64,000 bases of DNA. Source: Candidatus Krumholzibacteriia bacterium (GTDB lineage: Bacteria > Krumholzibacteriota > Krumholzibacteriia > LZORAL124-64-63). Shown in pieces: positions 18,123-27,431 of the stretch. The stretch spans positions 19,548 to 83,547 of the forward strand of contig JAWOID010000079.1 of NCBI GenBank assembly GCA_046484865.1. Direction: 5' to 3'. A model generated the notes under the pieces. That model made no database searches, had not been told where the DNA came from, and was given only the letters and a program-made list of their open reading frames with translations. How positions within the stretch are numbered: the stretch's first letter is position 1; each line of letters begins with the position of its first letter. Position numbers and translations under genes: made by a program.

Positions 18123-20500
18123 GGGGCCTCCTGCGTCCGCATGCGTTCGGGCGCGCCGATCCGGGGCAGGAGCACCCGGAACACCGTGCGTCCGTCGTCG
18201 CGTGCGACCTCGATGTCACCGCCGTGGGCGGTCACGATCTTGTGACTGATGGCGAGCCCGAGCCCCGTGCCCGAACTCTTGGTCGAGAAGAAGGGCCGGA
18301 AGATCCTGCCGCGGTCCGCGGGCGGGACGCCCGGGCCGTCGTCGCGCACCTCCAGCGCCAGTCCGGGATGCACGCGGCTGGTGCCGAGGGCGGGGTCGGC
18401 CACCTCGACGGCCGCGCGCGCGCTCACGGTCACGTCCACCGCGCCGCCGGGCGGCGATGCGTCCACCGCGTTGATCAGCAGGTTGATGACCACCTGCTTG
18501 ATCTGGGCCGGATCCAGCCGCACCGGGACCGTGGCCCCGGGGTCGGCGGTCACCCGCGCCTCCAGGCGCACGTTCCGTCGTTCCGCGCGCGGGCGCACCA
18601 GATCCAGGCATTCCGCGGCCAGGTCGGGCAGCGCCGCCTCGCTCAGGCGGGGCTCGTACGGCCGCACGAACGACAGCAACCGGGTGATGGTGCCCTCGAT
18701 CCGCGCCACCTCGCCCGTGATGATGTCGATGTAGCGCTTCCGCGGGTCCTTCGGCGGCAGCTGATCGGCCAGCAGCTCCGCCTGGGCGCTCAGGCCCATC
18801 AGCGGGTTGCGGATCTCGTGCGCCAGCCCGGCCGACATCTCGACGAGCCCCTCGAGCCGGTCCGCCCTCAGCCGCTCGGCCTCGAGCTTGCGCGCCTCGC
18901 GCAGGTCGTCGGCCACGATCACGAGCCACTGCTCGCCCGCGACGCGTCCCGGCATGGTGGCCGTCTGCAGGCGCACCGGCACGGTGGCGCCGTCCTCGCG
19001 CCGCACGTTGGCCTCGCCGCGGAACCCGGCCTCGCCGCGGTTTCGCAGCCGCGCCAGCGGCGGGCCGGAGATGCCCGGCAGCCGCAGCAGTCCGTCGAGG
19101 AACAGCTCGGGCAGCGCAGTCGCCCCCCGCTCGCGCGGGGTGTCGCTCTCGCCCTGCCGCCATCGCCCCCGCCCGATGGTGAAGACGAGCTCGGTCTCGG
19201 GATCGGCGAGGTGCTTGCGGCCGGTCAGGAGCTCCCGGCCGGCCCGGTTGCAGAAGACGGTGCGACCCTCGCCGTCCAGCACCCAGATGCCGCTGCTCAC
19301 CGTCTCGAGCACCCGCGCGTTGAACGAGCCGATGCTTCGCATCCGGTCGAGCATCTGGGCGGCCGCCACCTCCTCGGAGAGCACCATCTGGACGGTCTGC
19401 AGGAACGGCAGCAGGCGGCGCGGCGGCGCGTCGTCGCCACCCTCGCCGTCCTCGCCGGTGTCGGGGCCGGTGGCGCGTCGCAGCAGCAGCAGGTAGCCCA
19501 GTCGCAGCTCCTGGTGCTCGAGCGGCAGGGCGATGATGCGCCGGTCGCGTCCGGCGACCTCGCCGGCAGCGGCGGCCACGCGGAAGACCCCCGGGGCGAG
19601 CATGCTCTCGGCCACCTCGGCGTCGACCTGGCCGTGCAGGTTCAGCAGCACCTTGTCCCAGCTCGTCTCGTCCCAGCGGTACGTCTGACGCGCCGCGTAG
19701 GGTCCGCCCGGTGCCGAGCGCAGGATGAGTGCCGCGCCTGCCGCCTCCACGAACTCGGCCAGGCTGCGCAGCAGGCCCTCGAGGGTTTCGTCCCAGTTGG
19801 GAGCCGTGCTCAGCTCCCGGCCGAACCGGTAGAGGAGCGAGAGCTGCTCCATGTGGTCGCTCAACTCCCGGTTGGCGGCGGCCAGTTCGGTCTGGGTGCG
19901 CAGCAGCTCGGCCGCCGCGGCATCGGCCTCGGCACGGATCAGCTCGCGGTGCTCCTGCAGGCGGCGCTGGACGCCCCTCGCCTCGTCCTGCAGCGCTTCC
20001 GCCTCCCGTCGCGCGTGCACCTCCGCCCCGGCCCGCCCGCGCAGGCGCCGCCAGTCGTCCGCCGTCGCCGGCAACTCCTGGATCGCGAAGAGCCCGGCCA
20101 CACCCAGGGCGCGGGCGATGTCGGGCGCGGGCAGCGTCTCGCCCACCAGCACGGGACAGTGGCCCGGGAGCCGGCGCCGCAGCTCCGCCACGAGGGCGAC
20201 GCCTCCGTCCGGCTCGGCCGCCAGCCGCTCGGACTGCAGCAGGACCAGCGGCGGCTCAAGTGCGGGACCCGCCGCCGCCCCATGCGCCGCCGCCTCGGGC
20301 GCCGCCGCCTCGGGCGCGTCGGGCTCGGGCGCGTCGGGCTCGCTCCGGATGGCGAGATCGCGCGGCGACTCGGCCACCGGCAGCGGGCCGTCCACCGTCG
20401 CCGCGGGGGGACGCCAGCCGGCGCGACCGACCGCGAGGCTGCCGCGCGGCAGCAGGGCGGCGGACTCCGGGCCGGAGGCCCTCCGGGATGTGGCGGTCAT
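18119..20500 (-). CDS. Cytoplasmic sensor histidine kinase (pseudo-REC, coiled coil, GAF, PAS, HisKA, HATPase)
   Basis: Start MTATSRR (CAGGAG RBS); LAHEIRNPL, NLLINAVDA, DDGPG, PFFSTK, GTGLGL; no TM; ATGA overlap with the RR. Confidence 0.9.
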   Translation of the reverse strand: MTATSRRASGPESAALLPRGSLAVGRAGWRPPAATVDGPLPVAESPRDLAIRSEPDAPEPDAPEAAAPEAAAHGAAAGPALEPPLVLLQSERLAAEPDGGVALVAELRRRLPGHCPVLVGETLPAPDIARALGVAGLFAIQELPATADDWRRLRGRAGAEVHARREAEALQDEARGVQRRLQEHRELIRAEADAAAAELLRTQTELAAANRELSDHMEQLSLLYRFGRELSTAPNWDETLEGLLRSLAEFVEAAGAALILRSAPGGPYAARQTYRWDETSWDKVLLNLHGQVDAEVAESMLAPGVFRVAAAAGEVAGRDRRIIALPLEHQELRLGYLLLLRRATGPDTGEDGEGGDDAPPRRLLPFLQTVQMVLSEEVAAAQMLDRMRSIGSFNARVLETVSSGIWVLDGEGRTVFCNRAGRELLTGRKHLADPETELVFTIGRGRWRQGESDTPRERGATALPELFLDGLLRLPGISGPPLARLRNRGEAGFRGEANVRREDGATVPVRLQTATMPGRVAGEQWLVIVADDLREARKLEAERLRADRLEGLVEMSAGLAHEIRNPLMGLSAQAELLADQLPPKDPRKRYIDIITGEVARIEGTITRLLSFVRPYEPRLSEAALPDLAAECLDLVRPRAERRNVRLEARVTADPGATVPVRLDPAQIKQVVINLLINAVDASPPGGAVDVTVSARAAVEVADPALGTSRVHPGLALEVRDDGPGVPPADRGRIFRPFFSTKSSGTGLGLAISHKIVTAHGGDIEVARDDGRTVFRVLLPRIGAPERMRTQEAP

Positions 20501-20555
20501 GTGCGTCTCCTGCCGGCCGAGGCGAGGGTGGAGAAACCCCGGGCAAGCCGGAGGA

Positions 20556-20587
20556 ACTGTAAAGATTCTTGCCACTTCTGGCCAAGA
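20556..20587 (-). promoter_or_regulatory. Putative sigma70 promoter with overlapping imperfect palindrome
   Basis: TTGGCC-N18-TACAGT with an adjacent A/T tract; TCTTGCCA/TGGCCAAGA inverted repeat. Confidence 0.45.
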
Positions 20588-20717
20588 AAAAATTCAAGGG
20601 TGGCGGCGGGGATGGTTCGCGGGGAGGGGCGCCGGCGCCGCGCCCGGGGCACGAACGCCGAGAGCCCCGTCGACCGGGGCTCTCATCGTCGATCCGGAAG
20701 CTGGCGAGGGTGCTCCG

Positions 20718-21086
20718 CTACAGCGCGTCCATGCTGTCGACGACTCGCGCCAGCCGCGCGGCCACCTCGTCGACGACGGCGGCGGATTCATAGAAGCCCG
20801 TCGCCAGGCGCTCGCGGGCCCGTTCCACGGACTCGGTCCGGACATCCGGCAAGCGGTCCAGCGTCGCCCGGCCCGCTCGTACGGCGGCATGGAGGTCCAC
20901 CATCTCGCGCGCTCCCTGGGAGATCTCGGCCGTGTCGTCGGCCTGGGTTTCCGGGCGCCGATCCGCCTGCTCCGCCGCCGGGGACCGGGTGGCCACGGCA
21001 CCGGGCCTGCGCTCGAGCCTCTCCGCGCTGCGGTTCGCGTCGAGGTAGGGAGACGGGACGCCCGAGTCGATCGGTATCAACGCCAT
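20718..21086 (-). CDS. flgM: Anti-sigma28 factor FlgM
   Basis: Start MALIPID; DTAEISQGAR..PDVRTESVERARERLATGFY matches FlgM; sigma28 promoter upstream. Confidence 0.82.
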   Translation of the reverse strand: MALIPIDSGVPSPYLDANRSAERLERRPGAVATRSPAAEQADRRPETQADDTAEISQGAREMVDLHAAVRAGRATLDRLPDVRTESVERARERLATGFYESAAVVDEVAARLARVVDSMDAL

Positions 21087-21241
21087 CGCGGATGTCCTTC
21101 CTGGCTCGCGGGTCGGGTCCGCCGGCGGCGGGCCCACTCCTGGATCCTAGCAAGCCCGATACCGTCCGGCAAGACGGCCGTGCCGTCGTGGCCGTCCGGG
21201 CTCGCGAGCGCCCGCGGGTCGTCCCGCGCCTGTTCCATCTT

Positions 21242-21268
21242 CTATCGGCCCGCCCGCCGTGACCTTGA
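21242..21268 (-). promoter_or_regulatory. sigma28 (FliA) promoter for flgM
   Basis: TCAAG-N14-GCCGATAG; the -10 box contains the upstream gene's TAG stop. Confidence 0.8.
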
Positions 21269-22282
21269 GGGCCACGACAGCGCGGGCACGAGACCGCCCA
21301 GACGGTCGAGATCCGGGTGATCGAGGCCCGCGCCGCGGGCCGCCCGCAGTCCCCCGGAGAGCGCATCCCAGCGGCGGTGCTCGGCCAGCAGTCGCAACCA
21401 CTCGAGCCGGGCGAAGAGGAAGCCGGGCTCGCCGGCGACGGCCCGCGCCAGCCACGCCTCCGCCGCCGCACCGTCGCCATCGGCCCGCGCCAGGCGTCCC
21501 AGCAGAACCCGGGCGCGGGTCACGGGCCGCGTGACGTCGGTCTGCGCCGCGGCGGCGTGCAGGAGCGGATTCGCATCCTCCCGGCGGCCCTCCTCCAGCA
21601 GAGCGCAGGCGAGCGCCACTGCCGGTCCCGGTTCGCCGGGCACGTCGGCGACCTGCCTGCTCAGCAGCCGCAGATCGCGCCGGCGCCGGGCGGTTGCGGC
21701 GGTGGCGCCCAGCAGGTGCCCGTGGTGGTGGACCACGGCCGGCAGCCGGTCGAGCGGCAGGCCGCAGGCGGCGAGCGCGGGCAGCACGGACTCGTGGACG
21801 CGCCCTGCGAACCGCACATCGTCGCGCCGCGGGAACAGCCCCACCCGCCGGGCGGCGAACCAGCCGCAGCCGCGCTCCTGGTCCGGATACTCGCCCGTCA
21901 AGGGACGCCACTCGGCGTGGCGGCGGTGCGGCAGGTAGTTGCGGGTCTCCTGCAGGTAGGCGCGGTCCGGCGGGCGGCAGGCCGCCGCACGCACTGTCGG
22001 CGCGTCGCGGGGATCGATGCGCTCGTCGGCGTCGAGGATCAGGATCCAGCGTCCGCGCGCGAGGTCGAGTCCCGCGTTGCGGGCGGCGGCGAAGTCGTCG
22101 CGCCAGACGTGCCGCCCCACCCGCGCGCCCGCGGCCGCGGCCGTGGCCGCCGACCCGTCGCTCGACCCCGTGTCCACGACCACCACCTCGTCGGCCAGGC
22201 CGCGGTGGGCTGCGAGACAGTCGGCGAGCAGCGCGCGCTGGTCCCGGACGATCATGACGAGACTGAGCCGGACGTCGGGCAT
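21242..22282 (-). CDS. GT2 glycosyltransferase with C-terminal TPRs (likely flagellin glycosyltransferase)
   Basis: Start MPDVRLSLVMIV; VVVDTGSSD, DDFAAARN, LDADE, GRVHE; TPR-like tail. Confidence 0.88.
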   Translation of the reverse strand: MPDVRLSLVMIVRDQRALLADCLAAHRGLADEVVVVDTGSSDGSAATAAAAGARVGRHVWRDDFAAARNAGLDLARGRWILILDADERIDPRDAPTVRAAACRPPDRAYLQETRNYLPHRRHAEWRPLTGEYPDQERGCGWFAARRVGLFPRRDDVRFAGRVHESVLPALAACGLPLDRLPAVVHHHGHLLGATAATARRRRDLRLLSRQVADVPGEPGPAVALACALLEEGRREDANPLLHAAAAQTDVTRPVTRARVLLGRLARADGDGAAAEAWLARAVAGEPGFLFARLEWLRLLAEHRRWDALSGGLRAARGAGLDHPDLDRLGGLVPALSWPSRSRRAGR

Positions 22283-22364
22283 GTCGATTCCCTTCCGCGA
22301 GAGCGGGGCGAGGAGGGCGGCGGGATCCTGGGCGGCGGCGGCCGGTTCCCGGTCGCTCGCGGCT

Positions 22365-23357
22365 TCAGACGGAGTCGAACCCCCAGACGGCCGTTCCCAG
22401 CCGGCCGAGTTCGAAGGCGCCGTCGTCCCCGACCCCGCCCAGCCAGGTTCGCGCGTCGTGGAGGTCGGCCCCCGGCGGTGGTTGCCAGCGGTGATCCACG
22501 CCCCGGCGCCGCAGCTGGTCGGGATCGAGCACGCACCAGCAGCCGCTCGGGACGGCGTACCACCCCGCACCGCGATCCACCAGGAGGTCCACCAGGTCCT
22601 CCGCGCCGCGGGGCACCAGCACGTGATGGGCCAGCGCGCGCCGCTGGACCTCGGCCAGCAGACCGAGGACCGGGGCCCGTCGCCCGCCCCACTCGAGGAC
22701 GTAGCCGCGAAAGTCGGCACCCTTGCCGCAGAAGACGTACGCCTGCACCACGCCGGCGCCATCCTCGGCGACGAGACCCGTGGTGCCCGGCATGCCGTAC
22801 AGGACGGCGGCATCGGCGGAACGGCGCAGGGTGCGCAGGGGATGTCCGGCAAAGACGGACGCCACGCCGGCGAGATGCCGCGGCTGGTATGGCTCGCAGC
22901 GCACCCCCGGCGGCAGCGGGTCCGCCAGCCGCGCGCGCTGGAGTCGGACGTGGAATTCCACGCCGGCCGGCCGGAACCCGCGGCCGGCATAGATTTCCGG
23001 GTGATCGGCCCAGAGGACCGCGAGGGGAACATCTTGCCGCCTCAGGAGCGCCATGGCCTCGGTCTGGAGCGCCCGGCTGACGCCACGGCCGCGATGATCG
23101 GCCCGGGTGACCACGCTGCCCACTCCCGCCACCGGCAGCTCGCCCCACGTCGTCGCAAGTGACCGCACGAGAAAGGACAAGCAGCCCGCCAGCTCGCCCG
23201 CGACCACGGCCACGAGCTGGCCGGCGGCGTTCTCCTCGCCCAGGACGACGGGGAAATCGTCCCGCGCCCGGGTCGTGGCGCCCGCTGGCCTGATCTCTGC
23301 ATCGACGAGCGCGAGGAACTCGGCGCGCTCGTCGGGACGAACGGTCCTGATCTCCAT
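22365..23357 (-). CDS. GNAT (Eis-like) N-acyltransferase
   Basis: Start MEIRTVRPDE; VGSVVT..HRGRG acetyl-CoA motif, LWAD..IYAGRGF; second GNAT-like half. Confidence 0.82.
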   Translation of the reverse strand: MEIRTVRPDERAEFLALVDAEIRPAGATTRARDDFPVVLGEENAAGQLVAVVAGELAGCLSFLVRSLATTWGELPVAGVGSVVTRADHRGRGVSRALQTEAMALLRRQDVPLAVLWADHPEIYAGRGFRPAGVEFHVRLQRARLADPLPPGVRCEPYQPRHLAGVASVFAGHPLRTLRRSADAAVLYGMPGTTGLVAEDGAGVVQAYVFCGKGADFRGYVLEWGGRRAPVLGLLAEVQRRALAHHVLVPRGAEDLVDLLVDRGAGWYAVPSGCWCVLDPDQLRRRGVDHRWQPPPGADLHDARTWLGGVGDDGAFELGRLGTAVWGFDSV

Positions 23358-23598
23358 GAGAAGCTCCAGCGGGGCTGCATGGCGACGGCCACCCGACGAC
23401 GGACCGCCCGGGAGCGGAAGCGGCGCGCGGGCGTCGGCAGGGAAGGCCGCCGCGGCGCGACGGCCGGCGCACCCGCGGAGCATACCGGGGTCACGAGGAA
23501 ACGGGCAAGCGGCATCGGCCGGGACTCCGGCCCGAGCCGGAGGACGCGGGCCGCCGCCGGCGGCAACACGTCCCGGATCCAGCAGGAGGAGACGGATC

Positions 23599-24444
23599 AT
23601 GGGTCTGCGAGTGAACACGAACGTCAGCTCGATGAGCGCCCAGCGGCACCTCTACAACACGACCGACCGGTTCAACAAGTCGATGGAGCGGCTCAGCTCC
23701 GGCCTGCGCATCAATCGTTCGGGCGACGACGCGGCCGGCCTGGCCATCAGCGAGAGCCTCAAGAGCGACATCCGGGCGCTCCATCAGGCGCAGCGGAACG
23801 CCGCCGACGGCATCTCGCTGGTCCAGGTGGCCGAGGGCTCGCTCGACGAGGTGAACAACATCCTGCTGCGCCTGCGCGAGCTGTCGCAGCAGTCGGCCAC
23901 GGAGACCCTCGGCGCCCAGGAGCGGCAGTACCTCGACTCCGAGTTCCAGGAGCTGCTGGCCGAGATCGATCGCATCGCGCTGACCGCCGATTTCAACGGC
24001 ATCAAGCTGCTGGACGGATCGATGGGCACCCTGGACGTGCAGGTGGGCATCGGCACCGACGCGGCCACCAGCGCGGTCCCCATCGACCTCACGCAGCGCA
24101 TCTTCGCCGACGACCTGGGCCTCGTCCGCGGGACCGTGAACATCCTGGGCACCGACGGCGTGAACGCGCGCTCGGTGATCGGGATCCTCGAGGGAGCCAC
24201 CGGCATCGTCAGTTCCATGCGCGCCGGATTCGGCACCGCCCAGAACCGGCTGGAGACGTCGGTCCGCAGCATCGCCATGACGGCGGAGAACCTGTCGGCC
24301 GCCAACAGCCGCATCCGCGACGTGGACGTGGCGGCCGAGACCAGCAACATGACGTCGCTGCAGATCCTGCAGCAGGCGGGCGTGGCCATCCTCGCCCAGG
24401 CCAACATGACCAACTCGCTGGCCCTGCAGCTCCTGCAGGGTTAG
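23599..24444 (+). CDS. fliC: Flagellin 1 (281 aa)
   Basis: MGLRVNTNV..RLSSGLRIN..DDAAGL; SRIRDVDVA..AQAN; AGGAGG RBS. Confidence 0.96.
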   Translation: MGLRVNTNVSSMSAQRHLYNTTDRFNKSMERLSSGLRINRSGDDAAGLAISESLKSDIRALHQAQRNAADGISLVQVAEGSLDEVNNILLRLRELSQQSATETLGAQERQYLDSEFQELLAEIDRIALTADFNGIKLLDGSMGTLDVQVGIGTDAATSAVPIDLTQRIFADDLGLVRGTVNILGTDGVNARSVIGILEGATGIVSSMRAGFGTAQNRLETSVRSIAMTAENLSAANSRIRDVDVAAETSNMTSLQILQQAGVAILAQANMTNSLALQLLQG

Positions 24445-24572
24445 TCGCGCTCGCGCGCCGTCCGCTCCGTCCGATGCGCGCGCGGCGCGGACCCGCATCG
24501 TGATGACCATCACCTGACGCCGGCTCGTCCCCCGGGCCGGCGTCGGCGTGTCCGCCGGCAGACGATTCCCCC

Positions 24573-24600
24573 TCAAGTTCGGCCCGCGACCTCCCGATAT
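24573..24600 (+). promoter_or_regulatory. sigma28 promoter for flagellin 2
   Basis: TCAAG-N15-CCCGATAT. Confidence 0.75.
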
Positions 24601-24610
24601 CCAGGGGCAT

Positions 24611-24728
24611 CGATGGTGGATCGGAAGCCGCCATCGTCCGGAAGGAGGCGTACCGAACCCGACATCATCCGGCCGTCCTGCGGGACGGCACACCCGGGCA
24701 AGGACGTCTGGGACCCTGTCATGGAGGA
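24611..24728 (+). promoter_or_regulatory. CsrA-binding 5' leader of flagellin 2
   Basis: GGA in hairpin loops (ATCGGAAG 24620-24627; AAGGAC 24700-24705) and ATGGAGGA at the SD; csrA and fliW are in the cluster. Confidence 0.65.
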
Positions 24729-24734
24729 ACGATC

Positions 24735-25556
24735 ATGGGTCTGCGCATCAACACCAACGTCAGCTCCATCAACACGCAGCGGCATCTCTACAACAGCTCC
24801 GAAGCCTTCTCCAAGTCGATGGAGAAGCTCGCCAGCGGCCTGCGCATCAACCGCGCCGCCGACGACGCCGCCGGTCTGGCCATCAGCGAGGGTCTGAAGG
24901 GCGACATTCGCGCGCTCAACCAGGCCGCCCGCAACGCCGCCGATGGCGTGTCCCTGGTGCAGACGGCGGAAGGCGCGCTGGACGAGGTGAGCAACATCCT
25001 GCTGCGGATGAAGGAGCTCTCCGAGCAGTCGCTCAACGGCACGCTCAGCAACACCGAGCGCGGCTACCTGAACTCCGAGTTCTCGGCGCTGCAGTCGGAG
25101 ATCGACCGCATCGCGGGCACCACCGAGTTCAACGGCGTCAACCTGCTCAACGGATCGCTGTCCGTGAACATCCAGGTGGGCATCGGCACCACCGCCGCCG
25201 ACAGCATCTCCGTGGACCAGGCGACCGCCATGACCACGGCGGGCCTGTCTCTCACCGGCACCATCGACACGACCGCCAACGCCACGACGGCCATGGGGCA
25301 GATCGACAGCGCCATGGAGGCCGTGAACTCGGCCCGTGCCGGATTCGGTGCCTTCCAGAACCGTCTGGAATCCTCGATCCGCAACATCAACAACACGTCC
25401 GAGAACCTCTCGGCCGCCAACAGCCGTATCCGCGACGTCGACATCGCCGCGGAGACGAGCCGGATGACCAGTTACCAGATCCTGCAGCAGGCGGGCGTCT
25501 CGGTGCTGGCCCAGGCCAACATGAAGAGCGGCCTGGCGATGGCTCTGCTCGGCTAA
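24735..25556 (+). CDS. fliC: Flagellin 2 (273 aa)
   Basis: MGLRINTNV..LASGLRINRAADDAAGL; SRIRDVDIA..AQAN. Confidence 0.97.
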   Translation: MGLRINTNVSSINTQRHLYNSSEAFSKSMEKLASGLRINRAADDAAGLAISEGLKGDIRALNQAARNAADGVSLVQTAEGALDEVSNILLRMKELSEQSLNGTLSNTERGYLNSEFSALQSEIDRIAGTTEFNGVNLLNGSLSVNIQVGIGTTAADSISVDQATAMTTAGLSLTGTIDTTANATTAMGQIDSAMEAVNSARAGFGAFQNRLESSIRNINNTSENLSAANSRIRDVDIAAETSRMTSYQILQQAGVSVLAQANMKSGLAMALLG

Positions 25557-25571
25557 CCGGGCGCAAGCGGA

Positions 25572-25597
25572 GCGGGCCCCGCCCCGGCGGGGCCCGC
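25572..25597 (+). terminator. GC stem-loop after flagellin 2 (partial terminator or mRNA stabiliser)
   Basis: GCGGGCCCCGC-cccg-GCGGGGCCCGC, 11-bp perfect stem with no U tract. Confidence 0.55.
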
Positions 25598-25619
25598 CCG
25601 CCAGCAGTGAGGCAAGAAC

Positions 25620-26030
25620 ATGGACGCGATTCGCAGGCTCGACCACCCCCCGGTCGCGCCGCTCGCGGATCCGGTCTCGCCGGACACCCCGCGCGCAGGC
25701 GCTCCGTCCCCTCGTCCCTCTCCTCCCCACCCATCGCCGACCTCCGCGCCGCCCTCCCCGGCCGCGGCCGCTCCGACCCCGCGGCCACCGCTGTCCGACG
25801 CCGAGGAGGTGACCGAGTTCGTGGCCCGGCTCGAGGAGGCCCTGGTCCGGGCGACGCCCGAGCCGCGGCAGGTGCGCATCCGGCAGCTCGAGCAGGTGTC
25901 GGAGTTCGTGGTCGAGGTGCTCAACCGGGAGACGGGCGAGCTCATCACGCAGTTCCCACCCGAGAAAGTCCTCAACCTGCGCGAGCGGCTGGACGATCTG
26001 GTGGGCATGGTGATCGACCGGACGATCTGA
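25620..26030 (+). CDS. flaG: FlaG family protein
   Basis: VVEVLNRETGELITQFPPEKVL..GMVID; between flagellin and fliD. Confidence 0.88.
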   Translation: MDAIRRLDHPPVAPLADPVSPDTPRAGAPSPRPSPPHPSPTSAPPSPAAAAPTPRPPLSDAEEVTEFVARLEEALVRATPEPRQVRIRQLEQVSEFVVEVLNRETGELITQFPPEKVLNLRERLDDLVGMVIDRTI

Positions 26031-26073
26031 TCCGGTCGCCGATCTGCCGCAATCGCGCCGGGAGGAACCCGTC

Positions 26074-27390
26074 ATGAGCGCTGTCTCGTTCACCGGACTG
26101 GCCACGGGGCTGGACACCGCGACCATCGTGGAGCAGCTCATGGCCATCAAGCGTCAGCCGATCGTGCGCCTGGAGCGGCGGCGCACGACGTACCAGACGC
26201 AGAAGAAGGCGCTCGACCAGCTCAAGTCGAAGCTGCTCGATCTGCAGGAGGCCGCGCGCAAGCTCGACACCGCCAGCGAATTCGGTTCCCTGAAGGCCTC
26301 CTCGAGCCATGAGGACCTGCTCACGGTCAGGACCGGCGAGGGTGGGGCGCCGGGCAGCTACGACATCGCGGTGCAGAGCCTGGCGGTGGCGCAGAAGGAG
26401 ATGTCGCAGGGCTACGACTCCCGGCTGGACGCGGTGGGCAGCGGCACCATCAGCTTCACCGTGGACGGCGAGGTCACGGAGCTGGAGCTGGTCGGCTACA
26501 CCAGCCTCGAGGGGCTGAAGAACCTGATCAACGACAACGTCGCGGGCGTGAGCGCGTCGATCATCTGGGACGGCTCCGAGACCGGCGGTCACCGGCTCAT
26601 GCTCACCGGCGCCGACGCCGGCACCAGCGGCTCCTTCGCCTGCGATCCGAGCGGACTCGCGGGCGGCGTCACGCCGGCCTTCACCACCCATCAGACCGCG
26701 GCCGACGCCTCCCTGCTCATCGACGGACTGCCGGTCACCGCCACCGGCAACTCGATCACCGACGCCATCAGCGGTTTGACCCTCGATCTCCGGAACGCCG
26801 ACGCGGGCACGACCATCCACGTCGACGTGGCGCTGGACACCGACGGCGTCTACGACAACGTGAAGACCTTCGTCGACCGGTACAACGACGTGATGGCCTA
26901 CATCCGGCAGCAGGGCAACCCCGAGGGCGACCTGCGCGGAAACGCCACCCTGCGCACGGTGCTCAGCAGCGTGGAGTCGATCTTCACCACCAGCCACTCC
27001 GGCAGCGGCGCCATCAGCATGTTCGCCCAGCTCGGCATCACGCGCGGCGACGAGCGCCAGTACGAGCTGTCCAAGGACAAGTTCCTCGAGGTCCTCTCCT
27101 CCAGCTTCGGTGGAGCGCGCGACTTCTTCATCCAGCGCGACGGCAACACGGGCAAGGCGTTCCTGATGGACGAGGCCATCGAGAGCCTGACCGACCGGAT
27201 CGACGGCGCCTTCAAGACCGGTCAGAAGGCGCTCGACACGCGGATCGACAGCACGGACGACTCGATCGAGCGCTACGAGCGCAGCCTGGAATCGTACCGC
27301 GTCACTCTCGAGCGCAAGTTCCTGGCGATGGAGAGCATGGTGGCCCAGCTCCAGGCCCAGGGCAACTATCTGTCGAGCATGATCTTCTGA
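26074..27390 (+). CDS. fliD: Filament cap protein
   Basis: GLATGLDT..QLMAI, KFLAMESMVAQLQAQ. Confidence 0.95.
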   Translation: MSAVSFTGLATGLDTATIVEQLMAIKRQPIVRLERRRTTYQTQKKALDQLKSKLLDLQEAARKLDTASEFGSLKASSSHEDLLTVRTGEGGAPGSYDIAVQSLAVAQKEMSQGYDSRLDAVGSGTISFTVDGEVTELELVGYTSLEGLKNLINDNVAGVSASIIWDGSETGGHRLMLTGADAGTSGSFACDPSGLAGGVTPAFTTHQTAADASLLIDGLPVTATGNSITDAISGLTLDLRNADAGTTIHVDVALDTDGVYDNVKTFVDRYNDVMAYIRQQGNPEGDLRGNATLRTVLSSVESIFTTSHSGSGAISMFAQLGITRGDERQYELSKDKFLEVLSSSFGGARDFFIQRDGNTGKAFLMDEAIESLTDRIDGAFKTGQKALDTRIDSTDDSIERYERSLESYRVTLERKFLAMESMVAQLQAQGNYLSSMIF

Positions 27391-27431
27391 CCGATCCGAA
27401 ACCGTCGCACCGCAACCCGAGGACAGGCTGC

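Noticed and set aside
23489..23570. Resemblance to a c-di-GMP-I riboswitch upstream of flagellin 1 (GGTCACG..GGGCAA..GGGAC..TCCGGCC)
   Set aside because: Lacks the GAAA tetraloop and GCAAA junction; probably chance in GC-rich DNA. An Infernal scan would settle it
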